Shown piece by piece: positions 14,920 through 27,400 of a stretch of 64,000 bases of DNA (the stretch's first letter is position 1; each line of letters starts with the position of its first letter). The DNA comes from Cetorhinus maximus (lineage: Eukaryota). The stretch is from assembly GCF_964194155.1 (NCBI RefSeq), contig NC_135901.1:20646001-20710000 (forward strand), given 5' to 3'. The position numbers and the translations under genes are program-made. The notes under the pieces were generated by a model. It worked only from the letters and a program-made list of their open reading frames with translations, ran no database searches and was not told where the DNA came from.

Positions 14920-17900
14920 AATAGGAGGATAAGGCAGATGAGTGCATGGCTGGAAAGATGGTGCAGGAGGGAGGGCTTAAGATTCCCAGGACACCGGGGC
15001 TGCATCTGGAGGAGATGACACCCGTACAAGCCGGACAGGTTGCACCTGAACAGAGCTTGGACTGAGTTCCTTGTGGGGTGCTTTGCTAGTGCTGACGGGA
15101 GGGCTTTAAACTAACTCAGCAGGGGTGTGGAATCCAAGAGAAAATATTAGAGATACCAGGGTGCACAAAATACTGGGAGGGACAGAAAGCACAAGTATAG
15201 AGAAGAGTAAGTTGATAGGTGAAGTCGGGGTGAGGGAGAAGGGAACAAAATCTAAATCAGGGTTACTATGCATGTATGCGAATGCACAGAGTAAAATAAA
15301 TAAGATTGAGAGTTACAGGTGCGGATTGCCATGTTGAAATATGACGTTGTGGCAATAAAAGAGACCTGGCTCAAGGAGGGGCAGAACTGGTTGTTAAATA
15401 TTCCCGGGTACAAGGTGTTGGTTAAGGAGAGCATTGCAGTGCTGGAGAAAGAGGATGTCCCAGAGGGTTCAAGGAAAGAACCAATTTGGCGAGAGCTAAG
15501 GAACAAAAAGATGCAATTACATTGCTTGGTGTAGTCTATAGACCACCAACTAGTGAGAATGATTTAGAAGAACAAATCTGTAACGAAACTGCAGAGAGAT
15601 GCAAGCATTATAGAGTAGTTATACTGGGTGACTTTATTATCCTAAGGTAGACTGGGACAGTGGTAGTGTAAAGGGTGGAGAGGGGCAGAAGTTCCTAGAT
15701 TGTATTCAAAAACATTTTCTACAGCAGTATGTCCAACACGAAAAGTTGCACTGTTGGACCTGGCTCTTGGAAATGTGATGGGCCAAGTAGATCAAGTGTC
15801 AGTGGGGGAAGATTTATGAGACTGTGATCATTGTTTTGTACATTTTAGGATGATGATAGAAAAGGATGATAAGCAATCCAGAGTAATAATAATGAATTAG
15901 ACAAGAGCTGACTTTAATAGGGCAAGAATGGAGCTGGGCCAGATAGACTGGAATGAAAGATTGGCGGGAAAAACTAGCTAAACAATGGGCTACCTTCAAA
16001 AAAGAATTGGATCGGGCACAGTCAAGGTATATTCCATCGAAAGAGAAAGGTCGGGCAAACAAATCCAGATCTCCCTGGATGAAAAAGGAGACAGGAATTA
16101 AGATAAAGAAGAATATGTGTGCGAATGACAGGTGTCAGGTAGAAAATACAATTGAGAACCAAGAGGAATACAGAAGGTTGAGAGGGGAAGTGAAAAAGCA
16201 TATAGAGAAGTGAAGAGGGATTATGAGAAAAGATTGGCAGCCAAGATGAAGGGGATTCCCAAAGTATTATACAGGCATATAAATAGTAAATGGGTGGTAA
16301 AAGGTGGAGTAGGGCCGATTAAGGACCAGAAAGGGAATTTACACATGGTTGAAGCGGCCATGGCTGAGGTTTTAAATGAATACTTTGCATCCATCTTTAC
16401 CCAGGCCATGGTAGCAGATGAGGAAACTCTGTCGCTAGAAGCTTTCAAAATTGATAAGGAGGAAGTGTTGATTAGACTGTCGGTGTTTAAAGCTAACAAG
16501 GCACCAGGACCAGATGAGATGCATCCAAGGATATTGAAGGAAGTGAGAGTAGAAATTGCAGGGCACTGGCCACAATTTTTCAGTCTTCCCTAGATTCAGG
16601 GAAGGTGCCAGAGGACTGGAGAATTGCAAACATTACGCCCTTGTTAAAAAAGGTTGTTAGGATAAGCCCTGCAATTACAGACCAGTCAGTTTAACTTCAG
16701 TGATGGGCAAGATTCTAGAAACAATTATTCAGGATAGAATTAGTAATCACATGGAAAAAGATGAGTCGAGAAGGAAGAGCCAGCATAGATTTCTAAAGGG
16801 GAAATCGTGTTTAAATAACTTGCTGGAGTTCTTTGAAGAGGTAACAGAAAAGGTCGATGAGGTGCTTTGATGTGGTGCACATAGACATTCAAAAGGCATT
16901 TGATACAGTGCCACACAACAGACTTGTGAGCAAAGTTATTGCTCATGGAATAAAAGGGACGGTAGCAACGTGGCTGAAAATTAGGAAGCAAAGAATAATG
17001 GTAAATTAATTTTTTGGCTGGAGAAGGTTTGTAGTGGAGTTCCCCAGGGTCAGTATTGGGACCCTTGCTTTTCTTGATATATATTAATGATCTAGATCTT
17101 GGTGTGCAGGGGAAAATTTCAAAGTTTGCAGATGATCCGAAGCTTGGGAGTGTTGGAAACTGCGAGGTGGACAATGCTGAACTTCAAAAGGACATAGACA
17201 AGTTGGTGGAGTGGACAGATAGGTGGGAAATGAAGTTCAATGTCTGTGTGAGGTGATGCATTTTGGTAGGAAGAACATGAACAGACAATATAAAATGAGG
17301 GGTGAAATTTGAAGGGGTGTAGGAGCAGAAAGGCCTGGGTGTCTATGTGCATTGATCATTGAAGGTGGCAGGGCAGGCGGGAGAGGTCAGTTAATTAAGC
17401 ATATAGTATCCTGGGCTTTATTAATACTGGCATAGAGCACAAGAGCAGGGAGGTCATGCTGAATTTATATAAAACACTCATTAGACCTCAGCTCGAATAT
17501 TGTGTAAAGTTCCGGGCACCATGTTATAGGAAGGATGTGATCACATTGGAGAGAGTGCAGAAGAGGTTTACAAGAATGGTTCTAGGAATGAGAAACTTCA
17601 GTTATGAAGATAGGAGAGGTTGGGTCTGTTCTTCTTGGAGAGAAGAAGGCTAAGAGGAGATTTGATAGAGATGTTCAAAATCATGAGGGGGTGGACAGAG
17701 TAGATAGGGAGAAGTTGTTCCCGCTCATAAATAGACCAGAGACGAGAGGGCACAGATTTAAAGTGATTTGCAAAAGAAGCAGATGTGACGTGAGAAAAAA
17801 CTTTTTCACACAATGAGTGGTTTGGGTCTGGAATGCACTGCCTGGAAGTGTGGTGGAGCCAGGTTCAATTGAACCATTCAAGAGGGCATTCGATGATTAT

Positions 17901-18040
17901 TTGGATAGAAACAACGTGCAGGGGTATGGGGAAAAGGCAGGGCAATGGCACTAGGTCAGAATGCTCAGTTGGAGAGCCAGTGCAGGCATGGTGGGCCAAA
18001 TGGCCTCCTTCTGTGCCAATAACATTCTGTGACTCTGTGA
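14920..18040 (+). mobile_element. Near full-length degraded CR1 LINE (ORF1 tail, APE endonuclease, RT)
   Basis: WCRREGLRF...LHLN (ORF1 end); YDVVAIKETWL (APE); KAPGPD, PQGSVLGPLLFLIYINDL, KFADD (RT); many frameshifts; tail ttctgtgactctgtga. Confidence 0.92.
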
Positions 18041-18044
18041 TATT

Positions 18045-19720
18045 CTTCAGGATTCTGACTGGTAGGATATTCAACCTCGCTCCCTTGTCAACTTTAACTG
18101 TAAGTGTCTGTTTGCCACTTTTCTTTGGACAATATGATGTTGATAGTAATGGAAGCTTCTAACTGTTTGACTTCATCCACATTGTGTCACGTGGACAATG
18201 TGGAAAGCCTGTTTACTTTCTAGCTGAACATCTTTCCACTCTGGTCTGTCTTGCCATGAATCTCATTTTTGTCTTTGTGCTTATGTGGGTCTCTGATGCA
18301 CTGTTGCTGCTGCCAGTGTGCTGCACATTATTTTTCTTTGGCTGCACCTTGCCTCTGGTCACACCTCCAGAACCAGATTTCCTGCACAGACGAGTCCAAT
18401 GTCCTTTTACACCACATAACTTACAAACTTATTGGAATGCAGGAGAGTTTCACAGCAGACCATGCTTCCCATAGGATGTGCTTGCTCTATGCATCCTGGC
18501 TACTGCGCCAATACTGGCAGTGCACCTAATTCTTGCAGGTGTTGTTGCCCAGCTATAATGGCTTCATATTTTTTGCCATCCTTCAGGAGTGTGTCAATAT
18601 CATGACCTTTCTTTTTCTTCAAAAGGTGTTTTTGGAAAGCCTCTTCAACTTTGAAGCTTTAACTAACTCCATTATCCGTTCAGGCAGCTCAGCTTCTGAA
18701 AAATCATAGTCCTTGCCCTTATCATGGTGCCTGCTCATGAACCGATTGATTGATTCTTTGGTTGTTGTCTGTGAGCCTTCAGGTCCAATCAGTGTATTCT
18801 GAAGTTCACCTTCGCTGAAGTTGCTCCTGCAACATATTCCACAGCTCAACTGGGTCCTACTGATCCACTTCAGGCAGCCCCCTACTGTTGACTTTGTACA
18901 ACCCCTCCTGTTCAATGGCTATCTTTATTTTCACCCCTTGTTTACCCAGTTCTATGATGGATATAGTGTCATCCTTGGTTTGAAAAGCCTAAATACGGAT
19001 AGGATATCTGTGGCCTTCCACCTCATGTTGGGGAATTTGGTGGCCAACTTCCTGATGTTCCCAATCTTTTTTGGACACTCCCAATGTGTAAGAGATTTGC
19101 AACCTCATCACTCTGTGGAAAGGTTCACAATGCAGCTGTTGTGTTTTTTTTCTTGCTTTTTTTTTGGCTGCAGTTCTTCACGTGCTTTTGTCTTTTGCGC
19201 AGGAATGGCACCCGAGGCTGTCTCAATGGTCCTGCAGCTTCTACCGCCAGATTCAAACTCAACTGCACATCACAACTCTGAACTGACTTGTTGCTCTCAT
19301 TCACCATCAGTCTGGCAATCACACAAATCAGATACTCACTGTTCTGAAAAGCACTTTTTGTAGAGGGACTTTGCCTTCCAGGGTTTCAACACACATACGG
19401 CCTCTGTATTACACCAAACCTTGTCTGTGGCTCCTTCTGCGGTTCTCAAACCCATCGCTGCCACCATGCTGTGTTTCTGTGTCTTCTTCAGACAAACTCA
19501 GCAATCTGACACATAGGACTGGTAAACCATACATAGGTTTGGTTTATTTCAAGATATATTACAGGATAGCTCAGCAGACAAATCTACGCTAGAATCTTTA
19601 GTTGCACAGAGGGACAGCACAGCTGCGAATCCTACACACAATAATCGCTGCAGGTCACATGCTGCTTTAATTCCTGGTTACTTGCTCATATACATATCCC
19701 CTTTAAGTGATATCACAACA
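18045..19720 (-). mobile_element. Ty3/Gypsy LTR retrotransposon remnant: 5' LTR, tRNA-Leu PBS, gag, start of protease
   Basis: LTR TGTTG...CA 19720-19467; PBS TGGTGGCAGCGATGGG from 19466; gag ESINRF...DYDFSEAELPERIMEL; knuckle CKLCGVKGHWTRLC ~18385-18425; protease VKVDKGARLNILP ~18060-18105. Confidence 0.8.
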
Positions 19721-19811
19721 AGGACATCAATTAGTCCCCTCTTAGCTTGGGGAAATCAAATACCTGACAGTGTTTGAAAAAAAGCTGTTATATTTAACAC
19801 ATATCAAAATA

Positions 19812-20830
19812 TTAAACTACAGTCCAGCTACAGGAATTATTAACATGTGAACAGTCCAGTGTGAATTCGTGTCTCAGCAGTTGGGATGACTGAGTGAATA
19901 CTTTTCCGCACACAGAGCAGATGTAAGACCTGTCCCCAGTGTGAATTCGCTGGTGTCTCAGCAGGGCAGATGACTGAGTTAATCCCTTTCCACAGATGGA
20001 GCAGGAGAATGGATTCTCCACAATGTGAATTTGCTGGTGTCTCAGTCGGCTGAATGACCGAGTGAATCCCTTCCCACACACGGAACAGGAGAATGGGGTC
20101 CGACTAGAGTGAATGTGTTCGTATTTCTGTAGATCCGTTGTGCTTTTGAAGCTCTTATCACAGTCGGAACATTTAAAAAATCTCATCAATGCGAACAAGT
20201 TGGTGAGAAATGGGGTTAGTTAAACAAGTGAATCCCTTCCCACACTCAGAGCAGGTGTATGGCCTCTCCCCAGTGTGAACTCGCTGATGGATCAGCTGGC
20301 TGGATGACCGAGTGAATCCCTTCCCACACTTGGAGCAGGTGAACGGTTTCTCCCCAGCAAGACTGCATCGATGAATTTCCAGCTCAGGTGGGGATCCGAA
20401 TTCTTTACCACAGTCCCCACATTTCCAGGGTTTCTCCATGGTGTGGGTGCCCATGTGCCTCTCCAAGTTGGATGATCAGTTGAAGCCTCGTCCACAAAAA
20501 GATCATGCGTACCATTTTTCCACTGTGAATGATGTGATTTTTTTTCAGGCTGGCTAACTAGTTAAAGCTCTTTCCACAGCCAGTTCATTGGAACACTCTC
20601 ACTCACTCATGAGTGTTTGTGTATGTGTGTGTGTGTGTGTGTGTCTGTGCATTTCCAGTCACATTGTTTTTGAAATCTTTATCACAGTCAGAACAGAGAA
20701 ACATTTCTTCTTCCACATTCAAAGTCAGGTGATATTCAGGTTCTGATGAATCAGGTGACACTGTCAGATCTTGATGCAATGCTTGGTTTGGGTTTCCCGC
20801 CCGCAAATCCTCCCCTTCTAACACTCCATA
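19812..20830 (-). pseudogene. C2H2 zinc-finger gene D, frameshifted
   Basis: Fingers split between ORFs 20173-20466 and 19812-20198 (frameshift ~20180); conserved upstream linker EDLRAGNPNQ...PEYH. Confidence 0.85.
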
Positions 20831-21242
20831 AAAGGAGTTTAGAAAAGTGATCACTAAGTACAGATAGAAATTCAGAACAGACAATTCTAGTTTCTATGGA
20901 ACATTTTTTCCCTCTCTTGTTCCCTCAAAGCTGTAAATCCCCGTCCCACACACTCCCTCCTCTCTGGGCTGAAATCCAAACCCACCTCACCATCTCCACC
21001 ATTTCTTTCCTGCACCCCCAGTTTTCTCCCTCCCTCTACTCTAGCTGCATTCAGTCCTCCAGATTGAGAATAAAATTAATCAATCATTTTCTCTCTTGGT
21101 CATGGGGACTCGGAAGCCCCGCCCACCCTCTGCTCCGGCCTCACAATCTACAAGATTCATTCCGCTCAATTTCATAACCTGCCTATGTGTTTTTGTGGGT
21201 TCTCTCACACTCCTTTATTCCCGTTCTAAATTCATTTTACAG

Positions 21243-22480
21243 CTTAGAAGAAGGGGACGATTTGCAAATGGGAAGCTGAAACAAAAATCAAGTCAAGGTC
21301 TGACAGAGTCACCCGATTCTCCAAGAGCTGAATATCATCAGGTTTTGAATGTGGAAGGAGAAAGCCGCATTAGCAGCGGAGAGAAACAGTACATGTGGTG
21401 TTTGTGTGGACGAGGCTTCAGATTATCATCAGACCTGTTGAAACACAAATGCAGTCACATCAGGGAGAAACCCTTTTTATCCTTTAGTGGGACGTGGGCA
21501 TCGCTGGCGAGACCAACAGTTTTATTGACCATCCCTCGTTGCCCTTGAGAAGGTGGTAGTAAGCTGACTCCTTGAACTGCTACAGTCCATGTGGTGTAGG
21601 TACACCCACAGTGCTGTTAGGGAGAGAGTTCCAGGATTTCTACCCAGTGACAGCGAAGCATTGGCAAAAGAGATGCAATTAAGGATGACATGTAACTTGG
21701 AGAGGAATTTGCAGGTGCATCTGCTGTCCTTGCCCTTCTAGGTGGTACAGGTCATGGGTCCTTTAAATGTGGGGATTGTGCGAAGGAATAAAATTACTCA
21801 TCTGAGCTGGAAAATCTTCCACACAGTCACACGGTGGCGAGGCTGCTCACCTGCTCTGAGTGTGCGAAGGGATTCACTCTGTCATCTAGCCTCTATTCAC
21901 AACAGCTGGTGCTTGCTTCAGGGAGGCTGTTCATCGGCACTGAATGCGGGAAGGGATTCAATGATTTATTACACTTTCTATCACACTGATGTGTTCACAC
22001 TGATAAGAGACCTGCTCGTGTGGAACGTGAATCGCTAATCCATCCCAACTCTCTGAACAACAGCAAGTTCACACCGAGGAAATGCTGTTTACCAGCACCG
22101 TGTGTGGAAAGTGAATCGCTAATCCTTCCCAATTTTCTAAACAACAGCAAGTTCACACCGAGGAGATGCTTTTTATCTGCTCAGTGTGTGGAAAGTGAAT
22201 TGCTAATCCATCCCAAATCTCTAAACAACAGCAAGTTCACACTGAGGAGATGCTAATTACCTGCTCTGTGTGTGGAAAGTGAATCGCTAATCCATCCCAA
22301 CTCTCTAAACAGCAAGTTCACACTGAGGAGAGGCCGTTCACTTTGCGGAAAGGAATTTAATCGGTTATCCATATTTCTGAGCCACCAGCGAGTTCACACC
22401 AGGGAGAGAGCATTCACCTGCTCTGCATGTGGGGATGGATTTAATCGTTCATCCCACCTGAGGTACCAGCGAATTCAAAA
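21243..22480 (+). pseudogene. Highly degenerate C2H2 zinc-finger gene E, interrupted by a retro-element fragment
   Basis: Linker QGLTESPDSPRAEYHQVLNVEG; WCLCGRGF; ~84-nt finger-derived repeats 22020-22330; HTRERAFTCSACGDGF. Confidence 0.7.
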
Positions 22481-23115
22481 CTATTTTAAAAATGTATTAT
22501 TTCATGGGATGTTGGCGTCACTGGCAAGCCCAGCATTTGTTGCCCATCCCTAATTGCTACAACTGAGTGTCTTGTGTGGCCAATTCAGAGGGAAGTTAAG
22601 AGTCAACCACATTGCCTTGGGTCAGGAGTCACATGTCGGCCGACAGATTTGATTTTCTCAAGGAACATGAGTGAACTAGATGTTTTTTTTTACGACAATC
22701 AGTGGAAGTTTCTTGGTCACCATTACTGAGACTAGATTTCAGTTCCAGGTTCATTAGTTAACTGATATTACATTTCTTCAACTGTTGTGGTGTTCCCAGA
22801 GTATTAGCTTGAACTTCTGGATGACTAGTTCAGTGCCATTACCACCATCTCCCCCTGAGTGACTGCAGGAGTTCGATTTTGCTGGTAATCACATCCAGGA
22901 CTGAACCATGTACATACTGACGATGCCAGTTCCACTTAAATTCCACTGAATTTAATAATTCCTATAACTAGGTGAAAGTTAATATTCCAGCAATCACTTT
23001 TGCTTTACTTTGTGACCTTTAGTCTTTCTTGAAGATTTTGAGGGATGAAACAAATAGTGATTTACTTGCAATACTTGTAATTTAGTTACTGTATTCACTG
23101 CTCATCATGTGGTCT

Positions 23116-25135
23116 GCTCTACATTGGGAAGATCAAGCACAAATTGGGTGATCACTTTGTGGAACAACCTCCGTTCTGTCTAGAAGTTTGACCCTGAGCT
23201 TCTGGTCACTTGTCCTTTTAATTCTCCGTCCCACTCCCACCCTGACCTCTCTGTCCTTGGCCTCCTGAACTCTTCCAATGAACACAAGAATTGGCAGTAG
23301 GAGTAGACCACATGGCCCATCGAGCCTGCTGTGCCATTCAACACAATCATGGCTGATCTCGGGCTTCAACTCCATTTTGCTGCCTGCTCCCCATATCTCT
23401 TGATTCACGGAGAGACCAAAAATCTGTCTATCACTGCTTAAAATGTATTGTGTGATGGAGCATCCACAACACTCTGGGGTAGAGAATTCCAAAGACTCGT
23501 AGCACTTTGAGTGAAGAAATTTCTCCTCGTCTCAGTCCTGAATGATCAGCCCCTTATCCAGAGACCATGCCCCATGAGGTAGATTCCCCAGCCAGGGGAA
23601 ACAATCTCTCAATGTCTACCTATAAACCCCTTCATAATTTTGCAGGTTTCAATGAGATCACCTTTCATTCTGCTAAACTCCAGATAATATGAGCCCAATT
23701 TGCTCAGCCTCTCATCACATGGCTACCTCCTCATCCCAGGGACCAATTTAGTGAACCTTTACTGAACCACCTCCAATGTAAGTATATCCTTTCATAAATG
23801 TAGAGAACAAAACTGCACATAGCATTTCAGGTGTGGTCTCACATCTCAAACCTCGTGCAATTGCAGCTAGACTTCTTTATTCTTGTACTCCAATCCCCTT
23901 GCAATAAAGTCCAAATTGCCATTTGCCTTCCTGATTGCTTGCTCCACCTGCTTACTAACTTTCTGCATCCCTTGTACAAGCAGACCCAAGTCTCTTCGAA
24001 TATCAACACTTAGAAGTTTCATACCTTTTAAAAAATATTCTGCTTTTCTATTCTTACAACCAAAGTGAAGAACTTCATACTTTCCTATATTATATTCCAT
24101 TTGCCATCTTATTGCCCACTCACTTAACCTGTCTGTATCTCTTTGCAGCCTCTTTGTGTCCCCCCACAGCTTACCTTTCCACCCATATTGGCATCATCAG
24201 CAAACATTGATATATTAATCACTGTCTCTTCATCTAAGTCATCAATGTAGATTGTAAATATGTGAGGCCGCAGCATTGACCCTTGCAGCACTCCATTTTT
24301 CATTGCCTGCCAACATTAAAAAGCCCTTTTTATGCCCATTCTCTGTTTTCTGTCCATTAACCAATCCTCTATCCATGCTAATATATTACCCCCAAACCCA
24401 TGAACCCCTATTTTGACTTTTAACCTTTTGTGTGGCACCTTATCGAATGCCTTTTGGAAGTCCAGGTATACTACATCAACTGGTTCCCCTTTATCTGTCC
24501 TACTAGTTACATTCTCAAAAAACTCAAACACATTTGTCAAACAGGATTACCCTTTAGTAAAACCATGTTGACTTGTTCTCATGATGCTATGCTTTTCTAA
24601 GTGCATTGTGAAGACTTCCTTAATAATGGATTCCAGCATTTTCCGAACAACTGATGTTAGGCCAACAGGCCTGTAGTTCACTGTTTTCTCTCTCCCTCCT
24701 ACCTTTAAAAACAGTGTAATCTTTACCAACTTCCAATCTAATGGGACTGTTCCCAAAATGAATTTTGGAAAATCATAGCCAACAGATCCATTATCTCTGC
24801 AGCTCTCTCTTTTAGAATTCCAAGGGTGTAGGCCATCATGTCCCGGAGATCTGTCGGATTTTACTCCCTTAAGTTTTTCCAATCCTTTTTCTCTGCTGAT
24901 ATTAATTTCTCACTCTTTTTAGCTCTATTTTACCACCTATTTCTGGTATAAAACTTGTGTCTTCTACTGTGAAGACAGACATAAAATATTTGTCCAATGC
25001 CTCTGCCATTTCTTCATTCCCCTTGATAATTTCTCCTGTCCCTGCTCAATGGGAGCTCGAGGAACAGCAGCTCATCCTTCCATTCAGCACTTTCCAACCT
25101 TCCAGACTCAATATCGGGTTCAGCAGCTTCTGCAC
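23116..25135 (+). mobile_element. Penelope-like GIY-YIG 3' fragment split by an antisense CR1
   Basis: YIGKIKHKLGDHFVE at ~23120; continuation ELEEQQLILPFSTFQPSRLNIGF at ~25050-25125. Confidence 0.65.
23285..25040 (-). mobile_element. CR1 LINE fragment (RT half)
   Basis: VDVVYLDFQKAFDKVPH, NYRPVGLTSVV, KYEVLHFG in minus-strand ORFs. Confidence 0.9.
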
Positions 25136-25399
25136 CAACAGAGAGTTGTCAGGATCCGGAACTCTGACCCCAATAAGGTGCTAGAATCAGATCCTATGTT
25201 TAGACTCAGCCCACTCGTCCTAGATTCCCCACCAGTGGAAATAGTTCCTCTCTATCTACCTTGTCAGTTCCAATTAATATCCCAAAACCTTCGATCAAAT
25301 GACGTCTTAATCTTTTAAATTCCAGGGATTACAACCCTTACAATGGCGTGATGTGTATTTACAGAAGGGATAGCGAGAGTTTATATCTACTTCATTGCA

Positions 25400-26100
25400 C
25401 ATTTGTAAAGCCATTGCAGGGTCAGAAGGACCTGGGGCTTCATGTTTACAGGACATATTAAGAGAGTTTTAAGGAATATTATATCAAATAGCAAATCAAA
25501 TTGGATCTTGAGCTTCATAAATAGTGATATTGAATACAAAAGCAGGGAAGTTACGCTGAATATTTTTGAAACTCTGGTTAGGCCACAACTCAAGTCATGT
25601 ATCCAGTTTTGATCACCACACTTCAGGAAGGATGTTAACGTCCTCGAGAAGGTGCAGAGAATATTTACCAGAATGGGTTCAGCAAAGGAGTTTGAGGAGA
25701 GATTTGATTCAGGTGCATAACATTCTGACAGGTTTAGATAAGGCAGACAAAGAAAATGCGTTCCCATTAGCTGACAGTTCAACGTCTAGGAAGACAGTTA
25801 ATTTTACATTGGGTATGAGATGGGGGGGGGGGGGGGGGGGGGGCGGTATGAGGGAGAGAGGGCGAACATTTTTACATAATGAGTGGTAAAAATACCTGGA
25901 GCTTACTGTCTATGAGGGGTGTGGAAATGTACATGATGAAAGATTTCAAAATAAAATTGGATAGACACTTGAGAGAAATAAACTTGCAAGGATACGGGGA
26001 TAGAGCAGGGGGATGGGACTGCCTGGAATGCTCTAGAGAGCCTAGAGGCATGGACTCAATGGGTCGAATGGTCTCCTCTGTGCCATATTGACTCTGACTC
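25400..26100 (+). mobile_element. CR1 3' fragment
   Basis: YKSREV..., RRDLIQV..., tail actctgactct. Confidence 0.75.
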
Positions 26101-26279
26101 TTTTGTGTAATATAACTTTATAATTTAACCCTGGGGGTTCAGGTATCATTCAGGTAAATCTGCACTCCCTCCAAGCCCATCATATTATCCCTCAGGTTTG
26201 TTCCCCAGAACTGAACACAGTCCTCCAGGTGTGCTCTAACCAGGATTTGTCAATCTCGGTGCTTTTCGAGGTCACACTG

Positions 26280-26610
26280 GTACCTGGAACTTTTTCTCAC
26301 AGAGGGAACAGCCAAACCTTTTTCCTTCCACATTCAGATGCTGATGATATTCAGGTTCCGATGAATCGAGTGACTCTGTCAGGTCTTGACGTGATGTTTG
26401 GTTTGAGTTTCCCGCTTGTCAATCCTTCGATTCTAACCCCATGAAAAGTAAATTTACAAAAAGGCAACAGAATGAGTTCAGGATAGAAATTGAGAAGAGA
26501 CAAACATTTCTCCTCATTTGAATTTGCTGTGTATAAATTCTCCTCTTCCAACTCCCTGTGAAAGGAGTTTCCAAAATTCATCCCTGTCAGACCAGGATAG
26601 AAATTCACAA
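26280..26610 (-). pseudogene. 5' linker exon remnant of a further ZNF paralog, without a finger array
   Basis: Same acceptor module (caggatagaaatt, twice) and linker (GKLKPNITSRPDRVT) as ZNF-B and ZNF-D. Confidence 0.55.
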
Positions 26611-26639
26611 TATTCTCTCCTCCTGTTGACAGGGACAGA

Positions 26640-26960
26640 GATGATCGCGCATGCGCACCTCTGCAAGATGGCGGCCGTTAACTCGGCCCCGCAGCTGTTG
26701 CCGCTGCTCGGTGCAACCGCGGGTCCGGTAGCTTCGTATTTGGGTGTTTATAAAGCCTTGAGCGGTTCTTCCATTCCTTCCCATGTACTGGCTGCACTTA
26801 CTTGCCAATCCTCACCATTTTTCAACTTCTTCGGCCAGCTCCCGACGCAACCCGCAGTGCGCATGCTCCCGTTGGAAGCCACAGAGCGCATGCTCTGTCT
26901 ACAGAGTTCTGCGCCTGAGCCAGTCGCTCCTGTCGTGCGATGGGCACTTTCTTCCTTGCG
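26640..26960. promoter_or_regulatory. CpG-rich ZNF-type promoter with YY1 and NRF1-like motifs
   Basis: gcgcatgcgca ~26647; CAAGATGGCGGCC 26664-26676; further gcgcatgc at ~26858 and ~26886; 26710-26760 homologous to 6611-6655. Confidence 0.65.
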
Positions 26961-27069
26961 CAGAATGCTGGGTAGGCACCCTGCAATTGCAAGGTGTCAT
27001 AGAGCTAAGAATACAATTCATTAACGATATCTTATGGCAGCCTAAGTAAACGGGCGTTCCACCATTGTT

Positions 27070-27400
27070 CTGTCCTGGTTGTAACTGGCAGCAGAACAAT
27101 CTCCTCCAGTGAGTTGTGAGTCTCAACAGGCGGGGTAAAAAAGTGAGTTTTTCTTCCCATGCACGAGACATCTAAACTCCGTAAGATTGTGGCAATTGTG
27201 GATCAAATCCTCAAAGTTTTAAAGCTGGACTATTATCAGGTTGGCGACCTGAGTAAATCCCTTCACACACATGAAGTATCTGAATGGTCTCCCTCAGGCG
27301 TGACTGTGCTTCTGTGTCATAAAATGGGATGTACAAGTGAATTGTGTTCCACATTCAGCTGGTCATGATCTTCTCACAGTTTGATTTTACCCATGAGTTT
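27070..27400 (-). pseudogene. Very degenerate C2H2 ZNF remnant
   Basis: gagtaaatcccttcacacacatg...gaatggtctccc matches the antisense finger/linker pattern of ZNF-A and ZNF-C. Confidence 0.4.

Noticed and set aside
18821-19363. 180-aa plus-strand ORF
   Set aside because: Antisense to the Gypsy gag/5'UTR remnant
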